Source: Octopus bimaculoides
Taxonomy: Eukaryota
Length of the DNA stretch: 38,600 nucleotides
Direction: 5' to 3'
Assembly: GCF_001194135.2 (NCBI RefSeq)
Contig: NC_068982.1
Coordinates: 183,650,102 to 183,688,701, forward strand
In this document: piece by piece, positions 22,560 through 35,861 of the stretch
Layout of the letters: the number at the start of each line of letters is the position of its first letter
Position numbering within the stretch: position 1 is the first letter of the stretch
Position numbers and translations under genes: made by a program
The notes under the pieces: generated by a model
What the model saw: the letters and a program-made list of their open reading frames with translations, nothing else
Database searches by the model: none
Told to the model about the DNA's origin: nothing

Positions 22560-24571
22560 TGTATGTATGTATGTGTGTATATGCATGTGCTGGTATTTGA
22601 TATATATTCGTATTGATAGACGACATACAGTAATGTTTGTCTACCGAGCTGTCGCTTATCATTTATGCATCTACACGTTTTGCTACGTTTTGATGTATTT
22701 TCCGCCACAAAGACACACATGCTAACTTATATGCAAATGGAAATGTATGTCTATATGTTTATTAGTCTATTTGTCTCTGTGTATGTCTGAGCGTTATAAG
22801 TTGTGTTTGTATTTTGTATGTGTGTGTATGAACCCTGTCACGTACAACATCATATCTTTCAAATATTTACATATCCTCACCCACCTATAATACAACGTAA
22901 TGGCTGCCCGACAATCCAAAAAGGGCTTGTATAGAATTACATTTATTAGATTATTTCCAGTTAACTGTATATTTTAATCAGTGTCCTGCCTATTTCAGTG
23001 TTGCAGCGTTTATAAATAAACATCTTTTGACGTTTAGATTTCGAAATTAAAGCAGCGACTCAGTTTACTATTTCTAACCGTGTTCATGTTTAGTCGATCA
23101 TCTATCAGCACAATAATCCGATTCTTGAAGTTTTAACGACATTCTTTTATTCTATTCAACTAAACTTTTCTTCGATATAGCGCCGAGTTGAGTGTTTTGT
23201 ATTGCTTACACTCAGCATATTTGTTATATAAGTATTATATCTCACTCGTATTCACATATAACGAGCCATTAAATATATCAATAATTTTCTATCAAATTCA
23301 AAATGAACGCTTATGCGTGATTTCTTTTAATGTTAGGTATTAATGTTAAGCCAGTAAGCAGTCACTTCTTGTCAGAACTAGATTCGGCAACAAAGATATG
23401 GTTTGTCACGACGGTCTACCATTCTTAATGCATATTAAGCTCTCTGGTTTTACTGTTTCGTAGGCAAAGCTAATTAGAGCTCACCGTTGCTATTTCAGTC
23501 ATTAAGTTACTAAACTGCTTCAAATGTACTCTACGTCGACGTTTGTGTGTGTGAATATATATATATATATATANNNNNNNNNNNNNNNNNNNNNNNNNNN
23601 NNNNNNNNNNNNNNNNNNNNNNNNNNNNNNNNNNNNNNNNNNNNNNNNNNNNNNNNNNNNNNNNNNNNNNNNNNNNNNNNNNNNNNNNNNNNNNNNNNNN
23701 NNNNNNNNNNNNNNNNNNNNNNNNNNNNNNNNNNNNNNNNNNNNNNNNNNNNNNNNNNNNNNNNNNNNNNNNNNNNNNNNNNNNNNNNNNNNNNNNNNNN
23801 NNNNNNNNNNNNNNNNNNNNNNNNNNNNNNNNNNNNNNNNNNNNNNNNNNNNNNNNNNNNNNNNNNNNNNNNNNNNNNNNNNNNNNNNNNNNNNNNNNNN
23901 NNNNNNNNNNNNNNNNNNNNNNNNNNNNNNNNNNNNNNNNNNNNNNNNNNNNNNNNNNNNNNNNNNNNNNNNNNNNNNNNNNNNNNNNNNNNNNNNNNNN
24001 NNNNNNNNNNNNNNNNNNNNNNNNNNNNNNNNNNNNNNNNNNNNNNNNNNNNNNNNNNNNNNNNNNNNNNNNNNNNNNNNNNNNNNNNNNNNNNNNNNNN
24101 NNNNNNNNNNNNNNNNNNNNNNNNNNNNNNNNNNNNNNNNNNNNNNNNNNNNNNNNNNNNNNNNNNNNNNNNNNNNNNNNNNNNNNNNNNNNNNNNNNNN
24201 NNNNNNNNNNNNNNNNNNNNNNNNNNNNNNNNNNNNNNNNNNNNNNNNNNNNNNNNNNNNNNNNNNNNNNNNNNNNNNNNNNNNNNNNNNNNNNNNNNNN
24301 NNNNNNNNNNNNNNNNNNNNNNNNNNNNNNNNNNNNNNNNNNNNNNNNNNNNNNNNNNNNNNNNNNNNNNNNNNNNNNNNNNNNNNNNNNNNNNNNNNNN
24401 NNNNNNNNNNNNNNNNNNNNNNNNNNNNNNNNNNNNNNNNNNNNNNNNNNNNNNNNNNNNNNNNNNNNNNNNNNNNNNNNNNNNNNNNNNNNNNNNNNNN
24501 NNNNNNNNNNNNNNNNNNNNNNNNNNNNNNNNNNNNNNNNNNNNNNNNNNNNNNNNNNNNNNNNNNNNNNN

Positions 24572-24899
24572 AACAGCCTGCTCGTGAAATTAACGTGCAA
24601 GTGGCTGAGCACTCCACAGACACGTGTACCCTTAACGTAGTTCTCGGGGATATTCAGCGTGACACAGTGTGACAAGGCTGACCCTTTGAATTACAGGCAC
24701 AACAGAAACAGGAAGCAAAATCGAGAGAAAGTTGTGGTGAAAGAGTACAGCAGGGTTCGCCACCATCCCCTGCCGGAGCCTCGTGGAGCTTTAGGTGTTT
24801 TCACTCAATAAACAGTCACAACGCCCGGTCTGGGAATCGAAACCGCGATCCTATGACCGCGTGTCCGCTGCCCTAACCACTGGGCCATTGCGCCTCCAC
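24572..24899 (-). mobile_element. tRNA-derived SINE family 3, tail lost in gap
   Basis: Highly similar reverse complement of 27896-28211. Confidence 0.9.
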
Positions 24900-25619
24900 C
24901 ATATCGTATAATATATGATTCATTACAGCACATAATATGATAGATAACTGTTCACGAACAAAAACTACAGAGCTGAACATTGGTTTATACAATGTAACCT
25001 ACTATGTCAGGCTATTTTTACAACGCCATGCTGTATATGAAAACAACTACAGCATAGAAGACGCATATTAACCAACCACTCAAGAACTGACGGAAACCTT
25101 ACATCACTTAAACATCTATCATCTGGTATCAAAGTTTTCGTCGCACCAGCTGCGACCTAGTATTTGTGCGCTTTTGAATGGCTAATACGTGTCCGCCACG
25201 ATGGGATTGCTTTAGCTTAGACAAACAGTCTCAGATCAAATCACCTGCCAGGGTAGAGTAATTCCGAAAGAAATACGAAAAGTCATTGGACAAGGTAAAT
25301 GTTTGTCAAGCGTAGTTGATGAAAAACTTTTTGCATGACTTTAAACAAAATGTCTCACCCTTGGTTTCTTCGGTGTTAAAGCAAAAAATTGTTCAACTAA
25401 GATTTCGAATCCGCCTTTTTTTACATATAATGTGTGAGATCAAATTTTGTAATTGGATCGACATTTTTCAACATAGACAATATATTTGACATCAGAAACG
25501 TGAAAAACTAAGAATATCTACATAAACAAATATATTTTTTTTTATGAAATAGAAAATAGCACGTAACAAACTTCTTACAAAGAACGTCAGACAAAACTAT
25601 TAAAAAAAACAAAGATATA

Positions 25620-25791
25620 TTAAGCTTATCTCTACAGGCATTGTATAGAAATTATAGCTAGCACTTAACTATGCTACGACGTTTCGTATACAATTGCGTC
25701 GTTTGTTTACATCTGACGTCTCGGATACGAAACATCGTAGCAAAAACCAGAGCTGGATATTTCTATAGAATGCCTATAGAAATAATCTTAA
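25620..25791. mobile_element. Short palindromic MITE-like element bounded by TTAA
   Basis: TTAAGCTTATCTCTACAGGCATTGTATAGAAAT pairs with ATTTCTATAGAATGCCTATAGAAATAATCTTAA. An inner pair is TGCTACGACGTTTCGTAT / ATACGAAACATCGTAGCA. Confidence 0.6.
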
Positions 25792-26539
25792 TAAATAATG
25801 CAGAAAGTGCACTGCACTGCTAACGCAGAAGAACGTAGGATTGACTTATAAAACGTTTAATATACTTTATAATATATTATGATTGCATTACGAAATACCA
25901 CGTACCTACAAATTATTAATAAAAAAAAAGACAGCTCAGATACTTAAAATAACATAAATAATGAAGCACAAGATAAAACTTACTTAAAACTTGACAACAG
26001 AAATGCCTATATAATGAAATGAAAGACGTATATCCCACTCAAAGTCCGTAATCAAAATTTCACCTCCGCTCCCAAATGGGGTTAAACAGAGATCGGATTA
26101 ATGAGAAAGAAAGCAATAATAATGGCAATATTTTGAGGGTAATTAACCGCCAGTAATTAAGTAATATTAGGATCGCCAGTAGCGTGTTTTAAAATCTCAA
26201 CTATAAAAGGGACTCAAGGTTTAAATTTAATGTTGATTAATTCTAAACCGGTGGCTCGAAATGTTTATTCGACAAAAGCCAATTTAGATTATGTCAGTGT
26301 CCCTTTATGTCTTGGAACTTAACAATTCAACAAATAAAGACCGACTAAATCTCTGAAGGGATGTCCCATTATGACTATAGTACTGAAACTAGTAAAAGAG
26401 TAAAAGAATGCAAAGATAAGATTAAATATAAATCTATTCACAAGCCACTCGCTAACAAGAAAAGACACAATAATATCGCATTCGTATCACCTTTTTCTAC
26501 GAAAATGTCTTTACCTTAACAAGCAAACATCTCCCAGAC

Positions 26540-27350
26540 TTTTTTTAACGTCCAGTGTGTTTTTAGTAGCAAAACTGGTCTTCGTTTTGTTCTGTAGGAA
26601 TCCTAATGTTTTCCTAGTGAAGGATGCCAACCTTTTATCGAAGCAACGAAATCCGAGGGATTCTGGAATGAAAATTGGCTGAGAAAATGGTTTTATTTCA
26701 TGTCTGTATTTTATTCTTTCTGTTAGTTGTTTGTCACGCCTTCCGCCATTATTTCTAATTTTCATTTCTACCGTACACAGTCATATTTTTCATGCAAATT
26801 AGTGTTTTCCCACTAAGACTCACATTATCTTCCTCTCGAGAAGTGGGAGAATACCCACTTCTCCTCCTGTTCCTCACTCCCACTTCTTTTCATATCAGCT
26901 ACTCATGCTAATATTCAACAATCTTTTCTGATAGTCTTTGTCTCATGACCGTCATGTGTCCAATAGCAGTCTCTGATCAGGTTGTATATCCGACAAGAGT
27001 CTATTATACTTTTTTTTATGAACGATGTTATTTTACATGTTTGCTCCTCCTTTTCTTATACTGTATTCGTTAGATTTTGTTTTGCGTGTTAGTTTGTTCC
27101 TCCCGCCTTCGTTTTCAGCCGTAAGACTATTTTTTAAGCGTTCTCTGTATTTTTATAGCGGAGATTTATTTTCGTTTTGTTTTGCATGAACCTTGGCACT
27201 TTCCAGATGAAGGATACTAGCTTTTTTTTCCAAATGCCCACATCCTAATTATTTTGAAATGAAAGTTGGCTAATGAGATAGGTTTATTTGTGTCTGCATG
27301 TTGTCCTTTCTGTTAGTTGCTGTACACGTCTTCCGCCTCTATTTTGCAAC
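26540..27350. repeat. Diverged ~220-bp direct repeat, period ~590 bp
   Basis: 26540-26765 aligns with ~27125-27350 through anchors GAAGGAT, AATGAAA(A/G)TTGGCT, TTTCTGTTAGTTG, CTTCCGCC and CGTTTTGTT. Confidence 0.65.
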
Positions 27351-27895
27351 TCCAAATTAATCATCATTGCAAGAAATTATTCAATAGAAATATCTTAAAA
27401 CTCAGCTACAGCTCCATCACAAGCATGAAAAGCTTAATTAGAAATAATTTAACTAAATCATCTTGGGCAATCTGTTCACATAGAGACACAAAAACCTGCC
27501 TTCTTAATAAGTCATGCAATGCTGAAACTATCATTTATGAGGCAGAGAACACCTACACTAGTCCAAACACACTATAGTGAAAATTAAATTCAAGCAAAGA
27601 TATTTCAGCCGTTTTTTCTTCAGGGACATAGAAAAGAAAAACGAAACGAAACTAAATATTTCTAGCTATTGAGAAAATGCAGTACAACATTCAATATAAA
27701 ATGGAAGGTCTTCGAATGATACGCCAAATCAGAAATCCTCGGGAAATACTGTCATTTCGATAAATATCGTTTAAAAACTGGAATTTATACCATCACCCAT
27801 TATTTATAAACCCTACCTTTTATATATCCTAAAAGTGAATTGAACTCATTAGTTTCTGTAAACCTGTGCTTTTACCTCAATATATTCAGACGTTA

Positions 27896-28276
27896 GTGGA
27901 GGCGCAATGGTCCAGTGGTTAGGGCAGCGGACTCGCGGTCATGGGATCGCGGTTTCGATTCCCAGACCGGGCGTTGTGAGTGTTTATTGAGCGAATACAC
28001 CTAAAGTTCCACGAGGCTCTGGCAAGGGATGGTGGCGAACCCTGCTGTACTCTTTCACCACAACTTTCTCTCACTTTTACTTCCTGTTTCTGTTGTGCCT
28101 GTCACACTGTGTCACACTGTGTCACGCTGAATCTCCCCGAGAACTACGTTAAGGGTGCAGGTGTCTGTGGAGTGCTCAGCCACTTGCACGTTAATTTCAC
28201 GATCAGGTTGTTCCGTTGATCGGATCAACTGGAATCCTCGACGTCGTAAGCGACGGAGTGCTAACAACAACAACAA
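27896..28276 (+). mobile_element. tRNA-derived SINE family 3, full length, (CAA)n tail, degenerate TSD
   Basis: Head GTGGAGGCGCAATGGTCCAGTGGTTAGG (A box) and GGTTTCGATTCC (B box). The tail ends in (ACA)n. Flanks TTCAGACGTTA / TTCAGAGGTCA resemble an 11-bp TSD. Confidence 0.9.
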
Positions 28277-30191
28277 TTCAGAGGTCATTTTCTCTTTCTT
28301 TTCCATCATCAAAGCAAAATTTTCATTTCCCAAAAATTCAACTAATAAACAAACAAATACATTTCCAAACATACACCACTACCGCTCAACTTCAGTTTAA
28401 GTTGTAGGAAACATCTCCTTCCTGAAAATTATAAGTAGCAATTTTTCTTTTTCATATTTATATTCTTAATTAGCCGAAAGAAAATAACCTACAACTATTT
28501 ATAATTAATTAGCAGGATACGTAAAAATTCCTCTCTTGTTTTGAAAATTGTAAGATGAAACTGTATATTTTTCTGAAACATTTGATTCTTGAAGTGGTGT
28601 AAAAAAACAACCTGGGTAGTATTAGATATGCAATCTCATGACATAACATCTCCAAAAACTATATTCTTACCTTTTCTACTTTTATTATTTTTCATCTTAC
28701 GTCAAAAAGCAAGCAATATTACCTATGGAACAAAATCGAATTATCAATAATATTTTTCTGTCACTGTATGTTGGTAAAGCTGTAACAAATCTTTATAAAT
28801 TTATTTGAAAAAAAATCTATAAGACTGTTGGAGGTTTTAAAAGAACCATGACACACACGATTTAGTTTAAAATTGTAGATTTTCATCTTGAGATGCTGTG
28901 ATATTCACATAGGTAGTCAGGAAAGTGCAGTGGTAGAGAAAACAATATTCATTGTCATATACTTGTCCCTCTTTTACCGTAAGAGTTGTTGTCTATTATT
29001 TTTATCTTCACATCAAACAATAACAATCCCTTCTTTTAACTATGACCATTGACACTCTGCTCTTTCTTTTCTTACCGTTCCCTTCAACTAACGACGTGAC
29101 ACGCCATACATTTAGCCTTGGCATATTTACATGTAAATAAGAAAAGTGCTCCTGGCTTTAATTTAACCTGATCACATGTCACGTGGAGTTTTGATCGCCG
29201 TTGAAGATAATTTTTTGCATAATCAAGTGTAACAAGGTGCGGCTTTCCTTCATTCGTCTAATGAATTACTTGGAAAATATTCCACATAAATTATACTGGA
29301 AGTCAGAAAGTATAATAGATACAGCATTATACTTTATACACTCACATATGTATGTATGTATGTATGTATGTCTCTTCTATTTTTTATTTTATTATAAATA
29401 TTCCACTGAGGAGGGAGCCGGTTTCCAACAAAGATACAAGACTCCACCTATGGAATGTAGTTAACACAGACAAATTCACATTTGGAACTTGAGAAAAGTC
29501 TTGCATATTTTTACTGTTCCACTCACAGATAGCAGTCGATTTCACTTTCTGTAAATCCCAGTTTATCCAGATTTTCCTGTATGTATGTATGTATGTATGT
29601 ATGTATGTATGTATGTATGTATGTATGTATGTATTTATGTATATGGATCTAAGTGATTGCTTAATCAAGTTACTCGCTCTTGTCTCCGTACAATGCAAAA
29701 TAAGAACTCACTTTCTCTTCATACACACATGGCTCCCTACACCATTTACTGACAAAATAACTTAGAGAGATTACCGAAATTCTGAGAAATTACTCACAGT
29801 TGAAACCTAAACTTTTTCCACAATACAAGGGCAAGTAGCTTTACAACATCCCACAGATATGAAACCGCGACGAGCCACGTCGTTTATTCCTGCTCACTTC
29901 ACTCTTTGAAAAAAGCCATTTTTACCCGAAATATTGAATTATTCAACAAATTAAGATACTGAATTTTTCACTTACTGCTTAGCTGCACTCAGTACATGAT
30001 GTTAAGCATCGTATTTATTAACAGCCAATTGTTGATTCACTCCGTTGCCACTCAGTTTCATATCATATGCGATAAATCATCCAAGAGCACGACGCTGAAT
30101 AACTGAACATACGTGGCGTGGAACTTTGAGTGGCAACGGTACGAGTCTTAATGTGCGTGCGCTTGCAAGTGCGTGCGCTTGCAAGTGCGTG

Positions 30192-30193
<2 letters not shown>

Positions 30194-30280
<87 letters not shown>
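30194..30280. repeat. (GA)n-(TG)n microsatellite
   Basis: Directly visible. Confidence 0.97.
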
Positions 30281-30282
<2 letters not shown>

Positions 30283-30867
30283 GCCCTCTGCCACTTTCTG
30301 TTCTCCGCATACAACTCTCTTCATTTCCTATTCCGCTCCCTATCCAGATTTCCAAATTTATCTCTCTCAGCGAGCACACCAGCTTCTTTCTGCATCTCTC
30401 CACTGTATTTCTATTTGTTGAAGTACAACTCTTCGAGAATCTAATTCTCTAAGTCATTCTTCTTCCAGCATTGCTCATGTGCATTAACCGTCTTCTGTGA
30501 TTCTACTTTATTTTCACTGCAAAAGACTAACGTGTTTATATTTATATTTTTTTCCGTCCCAGTGTCTAGAGCTTAAGTATGGATCTTTTGTCCTTCATGC
30601 TTCAACTCAAAAATATCAAACCCCGATACACATTTCTGACGCTACTAAGGCAGCACGGCTGTCCTAAGATTCGAAACCACTGCTCCCGCTTTGTTTATGT
30701 GTGTTTTTTGTTGGATCCTGATCTATTACATACATATATGTATGTATATATGTATATAGACATGTTTACATATATACATACACACACACATAGAACATAC
30801 ATACACACACATACACATATATATGCGTGTGGGTGGGTGGGTGTGCATGTGTGTATGTATATATATA

Positions 30868-30913
<46 letters not shown>

Positions 30914-31868
30914 NNNNNNNNNNNNNNNNNNNNNNNNNNNNNNNNNNNNNNNNNNNNNNNNNNNNNNNNNNNNNNNNNNNNNNNNNNNNNNNNNNNNNNN
31001 NNNNNNNNNNNNNNNNNNNNNNNNNNNNNNNNNNNNNNNNNNNNNNNNNNNNNNNNNNNNNNNNNNNNNNNNNNNNNNNNNNNNNNNNNNNNNNNNNNNN
31101 NNNNNNNNNNNNNNNNNNNNNNNNNNNNNNNNNNNNNNNNNNNNNNNNNNNNNNNNNNNNNNNNNNNNNNNNNNNNNNNNNNNNNNNNNNNNNNNNNNNN
31201 NNNNNNNNNNNNNNNNNNNNNNNNNNNNNNNNNNNNNNNNNNNNNNNNNNNNNNNNNNNNNNNNNNNNNNNNNNNNNNNNNNNNNNNNNNNNNNNNNNNN
31301 NNNNNNNNNNNNNNNNNNNNNNNNNNNNNNNNNNNNNNNNNNNNNNNNNNNNNNNNNNNNNNNNNNNNNNNNNNNNNNNNNNNNNNNNNNNNNNNNNNNN
31401 NNNNNNNNNNNNNNNNNNNNNNNNNNNNNNNNNNNNNNNNNNNNNNNNNNNNNNNNNNNNNNNNNNNNNNNNNNNNNNNNNNNNNNNNNNNNNNNNNNNN
31501 NNNNNNNNNNNNNNNNNNNNNNNNNNNNNNNNNNNNNNNNNNNNNNNNNNNNNNNNNNNNNNNNNNNNNNNNNNNNNNNNNNNNNNNNNNNNNNNNNNNN
31601 NNNNNNNNNNNNNNNNNNNNNNNNNNNNNNNNNNNNNNNNNNNNNNNNNNNNNNNNNNNNNNNNNNNNNNNNNNNNNNNNNNNNNNNNNNNNNNNNNNNN
31701 NNNNNNNNNNNNNNNNNNNNNNNNNNNNNNNNNNNNNNNNNNNNNNNNNNNNNNNNNNNNNNNNNNNNNNNNNNNNNNNNNNNNNNNNNNNNNNNNNNNN
31801 NNNNNNNNNNNNNNNNNNNNNNNNNNNNNNNNNNNNNNNNNNNNNNNNNNNNNNNATACATATTTATT

Positions 31869-31900
<32 letters not shown>

Positions 31901-32307
31901 TTTTCTCTATCTCACTCCCCCACCCACTCAGTCTCACTCAATCTCTCCTTCTCTCCTTCTCTCTTTCTCTCTATCTCTCTCTCCCTCTCTTCTTCTCTCT
32001 CTCCCTCTCTTCTCTCTCCATCTCATCCTTCTACGTCATGCTGTTGTTCCCTACACCTCTTATCCTGCTACACCCTTCATTACAACCAGCTCCTTTTTCC
32101 CCCCACCCCTTTTTTTATTCCCTTTTTCCGCAACCCCTGCCACTATTTTCCCATCACCAGTTCGATACATTCTGCCGTATTCCTTCAGTAAAGTATCATT
32201 ATTCTCTCATCATTCAATTTCCAGCTTCCTTCTTTAGCAGAACGATTGGCTGAACGGCGGAGGGCTGGTGAGCCGAACAATATTGTACATATATAAGTTC
32301 AAATACG

Positions 32308-32343
<36 letters not shown>

Positions 32344-32365
32344 AAGATATAGATAGATAGATAGG

Positions 32366-32417
<52 letters not shown>

Positions 32418-32452
32418 CAGACAGACACACGCACACAAACATATATATATCC

Positions 32453-32484
<32 letters not shown>

Positions 32485-33661
32485 ATCATACATACGTTCA
32501 TACACACACACGCATGCATACATAACATGCATACATTACATGTGTGCGTTTGTGTATCTGCCTATGTGTGTATGTTCATTTGCATATATCTGATTGTGTT
32601 TGTATGTTTGAATATCATTATGCAAGGTATGTACGTTATATTCTTTTTTTTATTTTCCGTTTGTTTGTTTGTAAATATACAAAGAGCTAGGGGTGGTTGT
32701 GGCTTTGGGAGGGTAAAATTGCGTGTGTCAGTCTGTGTATACGAACCGTGCATTCATATCTGTGCTTCTATATATATGTATGCATGGACTTGTATTTGAG
32801 ATTATAAAGGGCTGTTTCCTTTTAACACACGCACACACACACATACACATATGCACACACTAATCATTTGTAACACACATCATACACACATGCATGCACA
32901 CAGTGTGTGCACACACATGATGGCCTCACATGCATCCACCACACAAGACATACACAGATAGACACACACGCGCACACAACACACACACACGCATCATTTA
33001 CAACACACATCTTACGCACATACATGCACACAGTGTGCACACACACAATATGCCCCAACATGCATCCACACACTATACCTAGGCAGATAGACACATACAC
33101 GCACACACATACACGCACATGCACACGAGTTTAACACACATTCACATAGTCTCTCTCTCTCTCTCTCTTTTCCTCTCTCTCTCTCTCTCACTCTCTCACC
33201 CCCTCTCTCCGTCTCTCGCTTTCTTTCTTACTTTTTTTAACACATATACACTCACACAAACATGCACGCTCACATACAATTATACATACTCATACACATA
33301 CAAACACACATGCAAACACACGCGCACACACCCATACACGCATGCACGTGCACACACACACACAATCACACACAATCACACGCGCTGGAATGCGAACAGG
33401 AAATCACTCACACACACTGGCTTTCCTTTAGAATATACTTTCAAGATGGCGAACAAATGTATGCGAAGTGAGCGTCCACAGTATTTGCGTCTGTTGATAC
33501 CCATACTAATTTGCTTATTAAGTATCTATTGTGTATTATATTCGCCAGACTTATAATATGCAGTGGGGGCCATTTGTGTCGATTAAACGCTTAAAGACAA
33601 CGCTCAACATGGCCGCAACCCAATAACATATATGTAATTCAAACATAATACATTAATACAT

Positions 33662-33713
<52 letters not shown>

Positions 33714-33813
33714 TTAAGGAATGGAGTGAACGCATGCTATAACTGCATACTTTATTCCGACATATGTTTCGAAGAATTACAATTTATGCGATCCATAGGT
33801 CGGATCAATAACA

Positions 33814-33846
<33 letters not shown>

Positions 33847-34360
33847 NNNNNNNNNNNNNNNNNNNNNNNNNNNNNNNNNNNNNNNNNNNNNNNNNNNNNN
33901 NNNNNNNNNNNNNNNNNNNNNNNNNNNNNNNNNNNNNNNNNNNNNNNNNNNNNNNNNNNNNNNNNNNNNNNNNNNNNNNNNNNNNNNNNNNNNNNNNNNN
34001 NNNNNNNNNNNNNNNNNNNNNNNNNNNNNNNNNNNNNNNNNNNNNNNNNNNNNNNNNNNNNNNNNNNNNNNNNNNNNNNNNNNNNNNNNNNNNNNNNNNN
34101 NNNNNNNNNNNNNNNNNNNNNNNNNNNNNNNNNNNNNNNNNNNNNNNNNNNNNNNNNNNNNNNNNNNNNNNNNNNNNNNNNNNNNNNNNNNNNNNNNNNN
34201 NNNNNNNNNNNNNNNNNNNNNNNNNNNNNNNNNNNNNNNNNNNNNNNNNNNNNNNNNNNNNNNNNNNNNNNNNNNNNNNNNNNNNNNNNNNNNNNNNNNN
34301 NNNNNNNNNNNNNNNNNNNNNNNNNNNNNNNNNNNNNNNNNNNNNNNNNNNNNNNNNNNA

Positions 34361-35117
34361 TGATTGCAGTACGCACGTTTCATGCTACTCCATTTATTTA
34401 AGTAATGCGAGCATTACATTAAATGCAATATGTAGAGCAATCTTCAGCTGCACGAAAATGTAGAAAATTACAGTAGAATAGACATATTATAATTGTGGCA
34501 ACATTTCAAATCCAAGTGGGAAGAAGAATACATAAAAATCCATCTTGACGTAGCCAAGGCTATCAGGCTAGTAATTGGTTCTAGGCAGAATTCTAACTGT
34601 CTCTGATTTTATTGTCTCTTATCTAGTAGTTATAGTATAAGGGACAATCACTTCTAAGGAAAGGGAAGGTGTAAGCATTATACATGGATATGCATATAAA
34701 GGTTTAATTCTTCAATATTATAATAGTAGTAGAAAACATTATAATAGTAGTAGAAAAACCCCAACCTATAATAGTGCTGCCACTCTGACCAGAGAAACCT
34801 TTATAACCATATCCATGTATAATGCTTACACCTTCCCTTTCCTTAGAAGTGATTGACCCTTATACTATAACCACTAGATAAGAGACAATAAAATCAGAGA
34901 CAGTTAGAATTCTGCCTAGAACCAATTACTAGCCTGATAGCCTTGACTATGTCAAGATGGATTTTTATGTATTCTTCTTCCCACTTGGATTTGAAATGTT
35001 GCCACACTTATAATATGCCTATTCTACTGTAATTTTCTACATTTTCGTGCAGCTGAAGATTGCTCTACATATTGCATTTAATGTAATGCTCGCATTACTT
35101 AAATAAATGGAGTAGCA
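34361..35117. mobile_element. Foldback / long-TIR element, near-perfect 323-bp inverted repeat
   Basis: Arms 34383-34705 and 34795-35117 differ at about 8 positions and enclose an 89-bp spacer. Both outer ends run into N gaps. Confidence 0.85.
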
Positions 35118-35127
35118 NNNNNNNNNN

Positions 35128-35166
<39 letters not shown>

Positions 35167-35243
35167 TGTGTGTGTATGTATGTATAATGTTTGTATGTAT
35201 GAATGTATGTATGTGTGTATGTATGTATGTATGTATGTATATA

Positions 35244-35792
35244 CAGGATGCAGTGAATATATTGTCGTCTAAATTACGGAAAAATCAAAATAATACTGAC
35301 ATCTCATTTTAACAGATATATTTACCAAAATTACGTAACATTATCTTGAAATACTACAGAGAAAATTTATTCAATACAATCGCCATTGGCTTCGACCACG
35401 TCCTCCAGACGACTTCGGAATCTGCTGCAACTCTTCTGGACGGTCTCCTTGTCTAAGTTGGTGAATGCTGCCATAATCCTTGCCTTCACTTCATCTTTGG
35501 TGTTACAAAGAGTTTTGTTGGTCTCTCGCTCAACTGCACCCCACACATAATAATCAAGGGGGTNNNNNNNNNNTTTGGTGTTACAAAGAGTTTTGTTGGT
35601 CTCTCGCTCAACTGCACCCCACACATAATAATCAAGGGGGTTGCAGTCTGGGGAGTTAGGTGGCCAGGTGTCAGGGGTGATGTGGTCGCAGAAATTGTCT
35701 GACAACCATGACTGGGTTCTCCTGCTTGTGTGGCCTGGTGCAGAATCTTGTTGCCAGATATAGGGTCTTGCAGCAACCACTATAGAAACCAT
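35244..35792 (-). mobile_element. DD37D (maT/Bmmar1-like) transposase C-terminal remnant with TIR
   Basis: WQQDSAPGH...WPPNSPDCNPLDYYVWG has exactly 37 residues between the second and third catalytic Asp. Ends ..RFRSRLEDVVEANGDCIE*. Terminus TA|CAGGATGCAGTG at 35242-35255. Confidence 0.92.
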
Positions 35793-35861
35793 AATTTGAT
35801 ACGTAGAAAAGGATTGAATACATAAATTATGCGAACAGGTCCCTTCATGGTGTGGATATGT

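Noticed and set aside
27896-27965. tRNA-like sequence with A and B boxes (also the other SINE heads)
   Set aside because: No complete cloverleaf, and each continues into a SINE body and tail, so these are not tRNA genes.
35496-35641. Exact 68-bp direct repeat inside the maT transposase around a 10-N gap
   Set aside because: Same assembly-overlap signature; not a real duplication.
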